A stretch of 61,668 bases of DNA, filler included, from Candidatus Omnitrophota bacterium (GTDB lineage Bacteria; Omnitrophota; Gorgyraeia; Zapsychrales; JBDRMG01), in NCBI GenBank assembly GCA_043812495.1. It is 9 parts of 9 records of this genome, joined end to end, with 100 filler letters (N's around TTAATTAATTAA, not from the genome) between each part and the next. Parts side by side here need not be neighbours in the genome. Positions count along the whole stretch, not along the records: positions 42,826 to 52,943 come from JBDRMG010000039.1; positions 53,044 to 57,178 come from JBDRMG010000040.1; 7 more parts are not named here. One strand, 5' to 3'. This document shows positions 46,368-56,658 of the stretch, piece by piece. The notes under the pieces are model-generated. The model ran no database searches. It saw only the letters and a program-made list of their open reading frames with translations, and was not told where the DNA came from. The position numbers were made by a program, and so were the translations under genes. Numbering within the stretch: position 1 is the stretch's first letter; every line of letters starts with the position of its first letter.

Positions 46368-49300
46368 ATGAAAGCAAAACATTTTTCCGGGATCGTTGGT
46401 CTTTTTGTTCTTGGTCTTTTAATGCTTACGCCTAAAATCTCATTGGCCCTTACATCTGGACCGATGACTCCCGAAGTAGCGACATTCGCTACCGTCGGCA
46501 AAACCGGCGAGTCCGTTGATTTTGCAACTGGGGATTTTAACTGGGGCGCCCCCATCATCAACATACCGGGCAGAGGAAACCTGGACTTCCCGCTTTCATT
46601 ACAATATACAGCCGGAGTCAAAACCGATCAGGAAGCGAGCTGGGTCGGGCTGGGATGGAATTTAAATCCCGGGGTCATCTACAGGACAACGCCCTATGTC
46701 CCTGACGATTATAGCGGCGGGAACGTCTGGACCCGTATCAGGGGTTCAGGGTCCAGCCTCAATGTCGGGGCATTCGGGCTCGGTTACAGCTCAAGCCAAT
46801 CGGGAGGAAATAAATCCAGCGGTTTTTCTTTCAGTTCGGCAATGAGTTTTTTCAACATATTCGGGAGTTTCAATATCTGGAAAACAAGATACGACAAGGA
46901 CTGGCCCGTTTACGGATTTTTGCATTACGAAAATCCGGCATCAAAAGGAGGCTGGGACGGAGGCGAGGATGGATGCGGAATAGAATGCTTCAGGAGAGAA
47001 TTAAACCCTGCCAACACAATCGGCATCAATTATATCATCTATTACGTTCCCGCGCCCCCTATGGATACCTATGTTGTTTCCGGCCCTGGCCCGTCAGGGG
47101 AGATGATTCCCTGGCGTCCCAACTATACGCTGGTCGGCAACAGACCTGACGGTAATAATGAGAATGACATCAACGGTTCCGCCAAATTCTTCTTTGCCAA
47201 CCACCAAGGCACAAGCGAAGATTATCAGCCTCTCTCCAATATCGCCAATGACAGTGCCGTAAGAATTGAGCATGAGTTTGATGCGGGCGGTTCGATTTCT
47301 TCTTTTACCATTTATGATATTGACGGTACACGCTATGTATACGGTCAACCGGCTCTCATCAATGGCATCGGATATCATGGCCAAAAAGATGATGACAATT
47401 ATTCCAAGTTCGGCCTTTCAGCCCCCTATGCCTATGCCTGGCATCTGACAGAGATTTTATCTGCCGATTACGTGGATTCCGACGGAACAACAGGCCCCAG
47501 CGAAGACGACCGCGGCAACTGGATCAAATTCACCTATACACGGTCGGTAGCCAACTACGGATTTTCCGACCCCTACGAAGGCTGGAAAGAGGCCCCTTAT
47601 ATTTTTGAGAACAACCAGTTGACCAGAAGCTGGGGAGAAAAAGAGCTTTGGTATCTTGATAAGATTATTACGCCGACCCATGAAGCGCATTTTCTGATAT
47701 CAGATCGTTTGGACGCAAGAGAATCCAATGCTACGTGGAACTCTCTGGGAACGGCGGCCGGCGGAACGGACCATCCGTTGAAACTGGATACCGTCAACCT
47801 CTATGCGCGGGCAAACTCAAATCTCACTCTGGCCGGCATGGTTGATTTCACATACGATTATTCTTTAAGACCCGGTACCGTCAACTCGAATGCGACAGGA
47901 GGCGGGACCCTGACGCTCAAAGAAGTTTCCAAAAACGATTCCACGACCAATCCTGAAATATATCAGTTTCAATACAACGGGACAAATCCCACCTGGGGAA
48001 AAAACAAATGGGACCAATGGGGTTTTTATAAATTTAATGGAGCCTGGACTGTTCACGGCGATCCATCCAATGGGGACGACGCCAAGGCCTGGTCGCTGAC
48101 GGACATCATTTATCCGACGGGCGGCATTCTTCATGCCGAATATGAATCCGACGTCTACCAGTATGTGTCCACCCAGTATCTTGGGGGCGGCTTAAGAATA
48201 TCCTCCTTGACGCTCAATGACGGCCTGGGCAATGAGACGACCACTAAATATGAGTATTCAACGGGAAAAATCGGGAACACGCGCCCTGCTCCCTACGAGA
48301 GCATTATTCCGACCGTTACAAGCCATCCTTTTTCATCTTCGGATGTCCATTATTCTTTGGTGACGGAAATACCCGGATATGATTCAGGTAACGCGCCTTT
48401 TGGGAAAACGATCGTCAATTTTACAACAGCCAGCGACTATCACGCATACGAAGATCTTACTCTTGATCCGGATCCCTACTATGGGCAGGCCGTTCTTGAA
48501 TCGCCCCCGGGAACATGGCACATTCCCGAAGTAGCCGGCCGAGGCCATGTGGCGGCCCTCTACAACCGCAACTATGCCTGGAGGGTTCCTAAGTGGGTCA
48601 AAGTATTCAACTCATCCGATGAGGTGATTGAACAAACGGATTATACATTGGTTGAAGATCTTCCCCGCGAGGCGTTAACATTTTACAATGTCCTCTCGAC
48701 AAAGGATAATCATTATTATTATGTAGACTTCTATCTGTGGGGGAAATTGACGGTTGATTCGAAAACATATAAGAAACTGGATGTCCCTGTGTATTCCATC
48801 TATGAATACGATCCCAGGACCGAACTTGTCACGCTCGAGGAGATCAGTGATTTTTCCGGGAACAAGAAACTCATCGGTGTGGATTACTGCGCCCAGGGTA
48901 ATGCCTGCGGAGATTTAGAAAGCGGCGCTGTCGGCGAGGTCATCGAAGCCAAAAACATTTTGAACCTGCCCTATCAAAGCTGGATCAAAGAGAACAACCT
49001 CGGCAACCCGTACAAAACATACAACTACAACATCTATCACGTGGAAACCGACGGAGAATCGGATTACGCCAAGATGCGGTTATATCCTAGAAAGAATCTC
49101 AGCTGGCTCGATGATGACGCGGACGGACAGCTGGACTGGGGCGGAGAAGATTCATTCATAGGAGAAGAAAATCTGACCTTTGACGCTTACGGAAACGTGT
49201 TGACACAAAAGGATCCACGCGACCAGGTCACAACTTACACTTACGATCCCTTGCGATATAATGCTTTGTTAAAAACTTCCTCAAAAGGCGGTTTGGCAAC

Positions 49301-52300
49301 GGAATTTTTCTACGAGGACAACAGGTTCTACGCGCCCACAAAAATCGTTAACGCGGACGGAACATCCGGTCAATTTGTCTATGATGATTTTGGAAGGCTC
49401 GCGACAAAAATCGCGACCACGGGCGAGCAAACCGATTATACCTATCATTATGTCGGTTCCTCGATAAGCACGTCCAACCTCAACACGATCCAGACAGATG
49501 CGAGTATCGATGGCGTGACAAGAACATCCGTCTCTTCACTTGACGGTCTTGGCCGGAATGTCATGGGCAGGTCTAAAAAAGACGCATTGAACTGGATTAT
49601 CACGATGCAAAATTTTGATGATCTCGGCAGACCTTATCAAAGTTCTTATCCATTTGTATCATCAAGCATAGATTATAATCAAGCGTGGCCTGACGGATAT
49701 TCGCGCGCAACATATTATGATGATCCGCTCGCGCGAATTTATGAAGCTTACCCCAATTATGCCGCTTCGCCTTCTCTGAAAAGCACGACTTCTTATGCCA
49801 AAGACGGACCGTCAAGCTTCCTGACAACAACGATCGATCCTATGGGCAAGTTCACCAAAATCTACAAGCATGCCCTGGGCTTAGAGACTACGTATGTCCG
49901 TCAAAACATGCATAATTATTCGCAAACCGCCTATGCGGATATTTTTGGCCACACCATTGAAATGACCGATACGGACGGCAAAACAACGGAATTCTTTTAT
50001 GACACCCTGGGAAGAAAGATCGCCTCCAAAAATCCTGATATGGACGCGTTTACATCTGTATCTTATCCGTATCTCGGGCAAGTCACTGAGGAGTGGGTCT
50101 ATGATGATGCGGGAAACGTGGTCTGGTACAAGGACGCGAATCTCGGTCATGCCGCAACCCCCACGCATCTCAACCAAACTTATGATTCTCTGGGAAGAAA
50201 CACCGATACCGGCATCTACACAGACCAGATGGAATATCAACTCGAGACGTGGATAGGGACATACTACAATTATGTCTACAATCATCACGGTATGCACCAA
50301 CCGACCAGGACAGATGCCGAGATGTCCAATTGGCAGAACACCAATGATGATAAGATCACTCATATCCAAAATGATCATCAGATTGAAGCATTATTCTATG
50401 ACAATGATGGGTTTTTGGGAGAAAAGCTGGTACTTTCAAACGGAAAAGTATACAGTTTTAAATATTATTACAACGAGGCTGGGGAAATCACAAGTGAGAC
50501 GATCCATCCTAAAATCTATGATGATCCGGGCATCGGCATACACGATCTCGTTGTGGAAGACGCTACAGAGATTGAGACCTATTATACGTACAACCAGCTT
50601 GGCCAGGTAGAAGATGTTTTCCTCAAGAAAGGGACCGACCCTCTTGTCCAGGTCGCCCATTTCACGTATAAGCCAAGCGGACAGATTGATACCCTGACCC
50701 GGTCAGTCAACAATCTGACGACGACATACGGATATGACGACTTAAAAAGGCTTAATCTCATCCAGAACAACAACCTTCAACTATCCACATACGGATTCAA
50801 TCGGTTCTTCACTCATGATGATCTTGGAAGAATCACGGGGATTTACAACGATACCTATGCCAATCCGGAGGAGTTGATCGGCAATTTTAACCTTGGGTAC
50901 CCGGAATCTTATGATAATTTCGGAAGACTTAAAAGCGGGATCATCACATCTGTCGTGAATCCCCAAAAGCAGATCTGGCTTAACTACCAGCATGACAATG
51001 CCGGCAACCGTACAGACAAAAGTGAGTTTGATTACTATCAATTCAGTGGTATCTACGACGATGATTACAGCTACTTTACTGGAACAAGCAGATTACACCA
51101 GGTCGGCAGAGATCTCGACGATGATGATATTAACGACGAGACACGCACCTTCAGTTATGATAAAAACGGAAATATCCTCAGCAAACTCTTTGAGAAAACG
51201 GGTCAGCCTAATCAAACCACGTCTTACGTGTACGACGATTACAATAACATGATCCAGCTGACGTTACCCAATAGTGCCGTAGAAACATACGATTATGCAG
51301 GAAGCGGCAAGCGGATCAAAAAAATCGACAGTCAATCGCGGGAGTTTGTCTATATCTACGATGGGAACTCGGTTGTCTTTGACAGGCAGCTGAATGGATT
51401 TGTAGCTGGCGATACAAACGGAGACAGGTTTGTGGACATTGACGATATGGTCTATCTCATGGCCTATATCTTCACAGGAGGCTCTGCTCCCGAACCGCTG
51501 GCCATCGGAGACTGCGACGGATCCGGAGGAATAGACATCGATGATATTGTCTATCTCCAGGCTTATATCTTTACCGGAGGCCCGGCGCCTATCTTGCCGG
51601 AGAATTTGTCTTTGAATACGGCCTATCTCGATGTGAATGGCATACGATTGCTTTCGGTGTCGGAAGGAAATCTTGGCAATATCAAATATTACCTCAGCGA
51701 CCAGGTTGGAAGCGCGAGCGTCATCGCCAACAGTCAAGGCGCAGAAATAAACCGGAAGGAGTACTATCCGTTCGGAAATGCGTTCTCAAGTTCGGGAGTC
51801 TATTTATCCAAGTATCAATATACCGGCAAAGAGCTTGATGACACGACAGGTTTGCATTACTATGGCGCAAGATTCTATGATTCAGATCTTGGCAGGTTTG
51901 TGGCCAAGGATACTGTTTATGACGGTCCTTCTCCATACGCTTATGCCAACAATAATCCGCTTATTGCCAAGGATCCTACAGGGAACGCGGTCGAAGGCGC
52001 GGCTTTTGACTTTGATAATCGTATGATACACTTTGTAGATATGGATTATCTTTTGGTACCTAGAAGTAGTGTCCTAACTGAATTCAAGGGGCGGTCCTGT
52101 ATATCTCATTCTTTCGTCCTGTTTGGTCGCCCCAAAGGTAGGAAGAGATTTGAGAAAGTCCTTGGGCACCTGATACTCGAAGAAACAGGTAACTCTAAGA
52201 GCATAATGATTAATGCCCTTAATTGCGAAGGCAGGAGTTCATTTAATAAATACCTTGCTCTTTTGCAAGGAACGGCAGAACTAACAAAAGCTGACTATAT

Positions 52301-52781
52301 ACATTTAAATGAGAATGCTTTTGATATAGTACAATACAGAAGATTTGGAATGAAAGGTAAAGGTATTTGGCATACTATGTATTACAAAGTTCTAACAGAT
52401 AAATTGGGTTGGAGTTATAGAAGAGATGGGGGGGTTCTCAAAAAAATCCATACCTGGATAAATCCCGGAAAATCTGGTTTTTCAGGGGGTTCTCCCGGGG
52501 GCATGCTCCCGAAAGGTCCGAGTTATTTAAAAATGATTCCTTTTGTTGGAATAAGCGCGGGGCTATTGTCCTACGGCTCAGAAGTATTTGCCGGAGACTA
52601 CTGGGCGGCTGGCATGGATCTTTTTGGATTAATACCAGGTATGGGCGATGCTATGGATCTCGTAAGATTCGGTACTTCGCTCATCCCAGAAGGTGCGCCT
52701 TTGCCAGCCTATTATGGCCGTGAATCAGGCAGATTCGGAGACCGGTACATCACTCAGCCGGATAATACATCCGTCCGTTAG
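46368..52781 (+). CDS. Secreted RHS/YD-repeat protein with internal dockerin and C-terminal extension
   Basis: Signal peptide after an RBS; SpvB-like ASWVGLGWNL; YD repeats; core YTGKELD..GARFYDSDLGRF..YANNNPL..DPTG. Confidence 0.92.
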   Translation: MKAKHFSGIVGLFVLGLLMLTPKISLALTSGPMTPEVATFATVGKTGESVDFATGDFNWGAPIINIPGRGNLDFPLSLQYTAGVKTDQEASWVGLGWNLNPGVIYRTTPYVPDDYSGGNVWTRIRGSGSSLNVGAFGLGYSSSQSGGNKSSGFSFSSAMSFFNIFGSFNIWKTRYDKDWPVYGFLHYENPASKGGWDGGEDGCGIECFRRELNPANTIGINYIIYYVPAPPMDTYVVSGPGPSGEMIPWRPNYTLVGNRPDGNNENDINGSAKFFFANHQGTSEDYQPLSNIANDSAVRIEHEFDAGGSISSFTIYDIDGTRYVYGQPALINGIGYHGQKDDDNYSKFGLSAPYAYAWHLTEILSADYVDSDGTTGPSEDDRGNWIKFTYTRSVANYGFSDPYEGWKEAPYIFENNQLTRSWGEKELWYLDKIITPTHEAHFLISDRLDARESNATWNSLGTAAGGTDHPLKLDTVNLYARANSNLTLAGMVDFTYDYSLRPGTVNSNATGGGTLTLKEVSKNDSTTNPEIYQFQYNGTNPTWGKNKWDQWGFYKFNGAWTVHGDPSNGDDAKAWSLTDIIYPTGGILHAEYESDVYQYVSTQYLGGGLRISSLTLNDGLGNETTTKYEYSTGKIGNTRPAPYESIIPTVTSHPFSSSDVHYSLVTEIPGYDSGNAPFGKTIVNFTTASDYHAYEDLTLDPDPYYGQAVLESPPGTWHIPEVAGRGHVAALYNRNYAWRVPKWVKVFNSSDEVIEQTDYTLVEDLPREALTFYNVLSTKDNHYYYVDFYLWGKLTVDSKTYKKLDVPVYSIYEYDPRTELVTLEEISDFSGNKKLIGVDYCAQGNACGDLESGAVGEVIEAKNILNLPYQSWIKENNLGNPYKTYNYNIYHVETDGESDYAKMRLYPRKNLSWLDDDADGQLDWGGEDSFIGEENLTFDAYGNVLTQKDPRDQVTTYTYDPLRYNALLKTSSKGGLATEFFYEDNRFYAPTKIVNADGTSGQFVYDDFGRLATKIATTGEQTDYTYHYVGSSISTSNLNTIQTDASIDGVTRTSVSSLDGLGRNVMGRSKKDALNWIITMQNFDDLGRPYQSSYPFVSSSIDYNQAWPDGYSRATYYDDPLARIYEAYPNYAASPSLKSTTSYAKDGPSSFLTTTIDPMGKFTKIYKHALGLETTYVRQNMHNYSQTAYADIFGHTIEMTDTDGKTTEFFYDTLGRKIASKNPDMDAFTSVSYPYLGQVTEEWVYDDAGNVVWYKDANLGHAATPTHLNQTYDSLGRNTDTGIYTDQMEYQLETWIGTYYNYVYNHHGMHQPTRTDAEMSNWQNTNDDKITHIQNDHQIEALFYDNDGFLGEKLVLSNGKVYSFKYYYNEAGEITSETIHPKIYDDPGIGIHDLVVEDATEIETYYTYNQLGQVEDVFLKKGTDPLVQVAHFTYKPSGQIDTLTRSVNNLTTTYGYDDLKRLNLIQNNNLQLSTYGFNRFFTHDDLGRITGIYNDTYANPEELIGNFNLGYPESYDNFGRLKSGIITSVVNPQKQIWLNYQHDNAGNRTDKSEFDYYQFSGIYDDDYSYFTGTSRLHQVGRDLDDDDINDETRTFSYDKNGNILSKLFEKTGQPNQTTSYVYDDYNNMIQLTLPNSAVETYDYAGSGKRIKKIDSQSREFVYIYDGNSVVFDRQLNGFVAGDTNGDRFVDIDDMVYLMAYIFTGGSAPEPLAIGDCDGSGGIDIDDIVYLQAYIFTGGPAPILPENLSLNTAYLDVNGIRLLSVSEGNLGNIKYYLSDQVGSASVIANSQGAEINRKEYYPFGNAFSSSGVYLSKYQYTGKELDDTTGLHYYGARFYDSDLGRFVAKDTVYDGPSPYAYANNNPLIAKDPTGNAVEGAAFDFDNRMIHFVDMDYLLVPRSSVLTEFKGRSCISHSFVLFGRPKGRKRFEKVLGHLILEETGNSKSIMINALNCEGRSSFNKYLALLQGTAELTKADYIHLNENAFDIVQYRRFGMKGKGIWHTMYYKVLTDKLGWSYRRDGGVLKKIHTWINPGKSGFSGGSPGGMLPKGPSYLKMIPFVGISAGLLSYGSEVFAGDYWAAGMDLFGLIPGMGDAMDLVRFGTSLIPEGAPLPAYYGRESGRFGDRYITQPDNTSVR

Positions 52782-52814
52782 GATTATAATGGAGGAGTTT
52801 AAAAGCCGAATACC

Positions 52815-52938
52815 TAACTCTACTACGCTCAAAAATTTCACTTCGTTTCATGTTTGAGCTTCGTAGAGTTCTACTTTCGCCTTTCCGCCCAAAATCTTTG
52901 ATTTTGGGCGAGATCTCGCCCTGCTTTGCAGGGCGGAC
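52815..52938. repeat. Cluster of palindromic elements
   Basis: aactctac-tac-gctcaaa...tttgagc-ttc-gtagagtt, and tccgccc..gggcg-agatct-cgccc..gggcgga. Confidence 0.7.
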
Positions 52939-53190
52939 ATCCCNNNNNNNNNNNNNNNNNNNNNNNNNNNNNNNNNNNNNNNNNNNNTTAATTAATTAAN
53001 NNNNNNNNNNNNNNNNNNNNNNNNNNNNNNNNNNNNNNNNNNNCCCCGCCCGCCATTGATTCAGTGGCGGGCGGGGATCAATCAAATACAAATATAATAT
53101 TTCAACATTATCAGATTTAAGCAACCATATTTCCATTGCCATTTTATTCTGTATTCCATATAATAGACCCACTAATCAAAAGTGATTCAT

Positions 53191-53976
53191 ATGAAAACGA
53201 TACCCTTAATTGTCTTCTTCCTTATATATTGTTCTTCCTTATGTGAAGCAAGCGGAGCCGTCCAAAAACGCAAGGCCCAGCAGCAGCAGATTATTCAGCA
53301 GAAGGTTGTGATGCAAAGAGTCATGGAAGAGCAAAAGAAGGCTATCGCTCAAAGGGCGGTTCAATCCCAGCAAGGGGCCATTAATCAAGCCTTAAAAGAA
53401 CATTACACAAAAATAGCCCGCCAGGTTCTGGCTGTCAAGATGGCCGTCCAAAAGAAAATCATTGGCCATAAGGTTGGGACCGCCCAGAAAGTATCCGCGC
53501 AAACAGAGGCCATATCCAGGCAAGTGATGGGACAGCAAAAGGCCATTATGGATAGAATCGCTCAGCAGGAAAGGCAGAAGCTTTATGCGATTCAAAGGGT
53601 GCCAACGGACGATGAGCCGGTTACGGAAGCGGATGCCATCGATGTTCTTCTGGCTCTTGAGAAGAACGGCGCTGTCTGGTATCAAATCATTGACCCTGAA
53701 TCAAAGGTTTTTATCATCAATCAGTTCATCAAAGCTAATCAGGAGCAGGGCATCGTGATGCGAAAATCCGCCGGTGAATATGTCGAAATGGTTGACGCGA
53801 TGTCCGTGCAGAGCCCGGAGATATTCTCCTATCCCTTTAATGATCTACTGACGATTTTGGCTGTGATGGAGTATGATTACGACAACGGCCATAATGCGGA
53901 TGAGGTCGCCAGGGCCTTTTTAGGCGAAGAAGTTTACAGAGAGAATGTCAACCGCATGGCTTCTCAAAGCAAATGA
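53191..53976 (+). CDS. Secreted hypothetical protein with Gln-rich coiled coil
   Basis: Signal peptide; Q-rich N terminus; C-terminal AVMEYDYDNG. Confidence 0.75.
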   Translation: MKTIPLIVFFLIYCSSLCEASGAVQKRKAQQQQIIQQKVVMQRVMEEQKKAIAQRAVQSQQGAINQALKEHYTKIARQVLAVKMAVQKKIIGHKVGTAQKVSAQTEAISRQVMGQQKAIMDRIAQQERQKLYAIQRVPTDDEPVTEADAIDVLLALEKNGAVWYQIIDPESKVFIINQFIKANQEQGIVMRKSAGEYVEMVDAMSVQSPEIFSYPFNDLLTILAVMEYDYDNGHNADEVARAFLGEEVYRENVNRMASQSK

Positions 53977-54827
53977 AAGCGAGGATAACAATGTATAAAG
54001 CAGGCCGTATTCTAATCATTGTACTTGCTGTCCTACTTGTACTAGGAATAACAAAAAATCTTCTCATGAAAGCCGCCATTCAAGGCGGAGTGAAGACCGT
54101 CACGGGATGTTCGCTCAGCATGCAAAAATTTGGTTTTGGAATCTTGACAACAAAAACCGATATCCGCGGTCTTAAATTATATAATCCGGCAGGGTTTGTC
54201 GATAAAGTCATGTTGAGCATGCCGGAAATCCTTGTGGATTACAATTTAACATCACTATTCAAAGGCAAGGCCCACTTGAGCGATATGAAAATCAATATGG
54301 AAGAGTTTGTGGTTGTCAAAAATAAAGACGGCAAAGTGAATCTAAATGTCTTGAAAGAAAGCTTGGCCAAAGAAGAAGCACCTGGCGAGAAACCCAAAGA
54401 AGCGAAGAAAAAAGCAAAAATGCCTGAAATCCAGATTGACAACATGGAGCTGAAGATCGGAAAGGTTATTTATAAAGACTACTCCAAGGGCGGCGAGCCC
54501 ACCATTAAGGAATATGATATTAATCTTAATGAACAGTATAAGAATATCAATAATGTCCAGTCGCTAGTGGGTTTGATTGTGTTCAAGGCTCTGGCCAAAA
54601 CATCCATTGCCGCGTTGGCCAATATCGATCTTGCAGGATTCAAAGACGCTGCGTCCGATGCTCTTGCAAGCGCAAAAGAGGTTGCGGTCAAAGCCGCGGA
54701 TACCGCCAAAGAAGCGGCCAAGAAAACAGCCGACACCGCCAAAGAAGCGGCCCAAAAGACAGGCGATGCCATGAAAGGCGCAACAGAAAAAATCGGTGGT
54801 TTACTGCCTTTTGGCGAGAAAAAATAG
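53973..54827 (+). CDS. AsmA-like protein with AKEAA-repeat tail
   Basis: N-terminal anchor; LYNPAGF, VKNKDGKVNL, IQIDNMELKIGKV. Confidence 0.7.
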   Translation: MKARITMYKAGRILIIVLAVLLVLGITKNLLMKAAIQGGVKTVTGCSLSMQKFGFGILTTKTDIRGLKLYNPAGFVDKVMLSMPEILVDYNLTSLFKGKAHLSDMKINMEEFVVVKNKDGKVNLNVLKESLAKEEAPGEKPKEAKKKAKMPEIQIDNMELKIGKVIYKDYSKGGEPTIKEYDINLNEQYKNINNVQSLVGLIVFKALAKTSIAALANIDLAGFKDAASDALASAKEVAVKAADTAKEAAKKTADTAKEAAQKTGDAMKGATEKIGGLLPFGEKK

Positions 54828-54848
54828 GAAATAATTCTTAAGAAATAT

Positions 54849-54893
54849 AAGCTTTGCCTTCTTATCTAACCCATAATGAGGGCAAGGCTTTTT
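54849..54893 (+). terminator. Probable intrinsic terminator
   Basis: aagctttgccttc...gagggcaaggctt followed by a T run. Confidence 0.6.
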
Positions 54894-54923
54894 GTTTATG
54901 ATCGAAAAATCTGTGTTATTCTT

Positions 54924-55002
54924 GGGCCATTCTTATTTGGATTGATAAATATCTCTTAACTTAAAGCAAAACAAGTTGATGATGAAAAATATTGAATGGC
55001 CC
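54924..55002. repeat. 79-bp element with GCCATT/AATGGC termini (copy 2)
   Basis: Terminal IR gggccattc/gaatggccc; similar to 45549-45627. Confidence 0.75.
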
Positions 55003-55036
55003 AGGTTCTTTCATTCAACCTGAATAAGAAAGAACC

Positions 55037-56404
55037 TTATTCTTTTCGCAAATGAGAAGCGGGAATTTTGAGGGCATTTCGATATTTTGCTATTGTTCGG
55101 CGGGCGATTCGAACGCCTTTTTCTTTAAAATGATTTTGAATGTCCTGATCGGATAAAGGAGAAACCTTGTCTTCCTCATCAATCATTTGGCGGATTTCTT
55201 CGATAATACCACGCGAACCCACGTGACCGTTGGCCTCAGTCGCAATCGCCGAAGAAAAGAAGAATTTTAGAGGAATGATGCCGTAAGGCGTGTCGATGTA
55301 TTTGTTTCGGATCGTACGCGAAATCGTGGACTCGTCACGCTCAACCACTTTGGCCACGTCTTTGAGGGTGAGAGGCGCTAAGGTTCCATGGCCGTTTTCA
55401 AAGAATTCCGCTTGCTTATTCACAATAAATTGCACAATTGCTCTGAGGGTTTCGGAGCGCTGTTTGATACTTTTTATAAAAAATAAAGCGCTCTGAAGCC
55501 GCTCTTCAATAAACGTTTTTTCTTCCTCTGTAAGATTAGGTTTTCTTAGTAATTCTTTATAAAAAGGACTGATCCGCAAAGTCGGGATATCCTCGTTATT
55601 CACTGTAATTTGAAACTCATTATCAGTTTTACGAATAAATATATCCGGTTTCACATAAATATTCTCCTCAATTGGCCGGTAGGCTCGCGCGGGTTTAGGC
55701 TCAAGAGAATGAATATAGTGCCCTATTTCTTTAACGCGATCAACGGATATATTTATTGACTTAGCTATTTCCTTAAATCTTTTGCGGCCGAGAGCCTCAA
55801 GATGGTTTCCAATCACTTGCTTGATCACCTGTTCATCATGGGGCGCAAGCGTATGGAGTTGAGCCAGAAGACATTCTTTAAGATCCTTCGAAGCAATTCC
55901 TACCGGATCAAAGCTTTTCACGGTTTCTAAGACCTCTTGCATTTGAGCGCTGCCGGAAAGACCGAGGCGTTGGCTTGCCTCATCCAGAGGCAGCTCAAAA
56001 AATCCATCTTCATTAAGATTCCCGATAATGTATTCACCGATGCGTAATTTTTCAGGATTGGAAATTTCGAGTCTGAGCTGGCGCATCAAATAATCTTCAA
56101 GAGTAGCTGATTTGGTAAGAGGTTTTTCGCGAGATTCTTCCTCATCCCCGATCGCCCCTTGATAAACAGGGCCGTCAGAAATTTCCGAAAGACGGCGGAT
56201 TTTCTCCCGTAATTCTTCGTTGTCTCTTGCAGCGGATGCTAAGCGGTTGGCTTCGTCAATCTCCAAGAGAGGATTAGCTTGAAGTTCTTCTTCAATGATT
56301 GAATTAAGCTCGGCCACAGGAAGAATAAGCACAGAAATAGACTTCTGCATGATGGGGGCCAGAATGTGCCTTTGAACTTGCTGGGTAACTAGTTTTGGTC
56401 TCAT
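55037..56404 (-). CDS. rpoN: RNA polymerase sigma-54 factor
   Basis: NPLLE, FDPVGI, ESTISR and the RpoN box ARRTIAKYR; start 56404 preferred. Confidence 0.96.
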   Translation of the reverse strand: MRPKLVTQQVQRHILAPIMQKSISVLILPVAELNSIIEEELQANPLLEIDEANRLASAARDNEELREKIRRLSEISDGPVYQGAIGDEEESREKPLTKSATLEDYLMRQLRLEISNPEKLRIGEYIIGNLNEDGFFELPLDEASQRLGLSGSAQMQEVLETVKSFDPVGIASKDLKECLLAQLHTLAPHDEQVIKQVIGNHLEALGRKRFKEIAKSINISVDRVKEIGHYIHSLEPKPARAYRPIEENIYVKPDIFIRKTDNEFQITVNNEDIPTLRISPFYKELLRKPNLTEEEKTFIEERLQSALFFIKSIKQRSETLRAIVQFIVNKQAEFFENGHGTLAPLTLKDVAKVVERDESTISRTIRNKYIDTPYGIIPLKFFFSSAIATEANGHVGSRGIIEEIRQMIDEEDKVSPLSDQDIQNHFKEKGVRIARRTIAKYRNALKIPASHLRKE

Positions 56405-56620
56405 TTGACAAAAGTATATCATATTTAAGGGCTTAGAACCATTCTTTTGCGCCTTGGAAAATTTGTAGAAAATACCTGATTTTAAGTCATCCACCGGAAC
56501 GTAACTCATTGATTCTAATAAATTTTGGGTGCCTTAGAAGAACTTAAAATAATTTTGCATTTGGCCAAATATGTTCTATGCTTTGACTGGATATTGTGAA
56601 AGTGTTCTTTTAAAATGATA

Positions 56621-56647
56621 AAGGCAAACCCATCGTAAGGTGGGGAC
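56621..56647 (+). ncRNA. Truncated c-di-GMP-I riboswitch (5' half only)
   Basis: AAGGCAAACCCATC-GTAA-GGTGGGGAC; the expected GCAAAGC and P3 are absent. Confidence 0.55.
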
Positions 56648-56658
56648 CCCGACTTCGC

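Noticed and set aside
14518..53076. CRISPR array or integron attC sites from the repeated hairpins
   Set aside because: Copies are dispersed rather than regularly spaced, with no cas or intI gene and no consistent RYYYAAC/GTTRRRY ends.
54690..54765. Tandem 33-nt repeat encoding AADTAKEAAKK-like units
   Set aside because: Ordinary low-complexity coding repeat.
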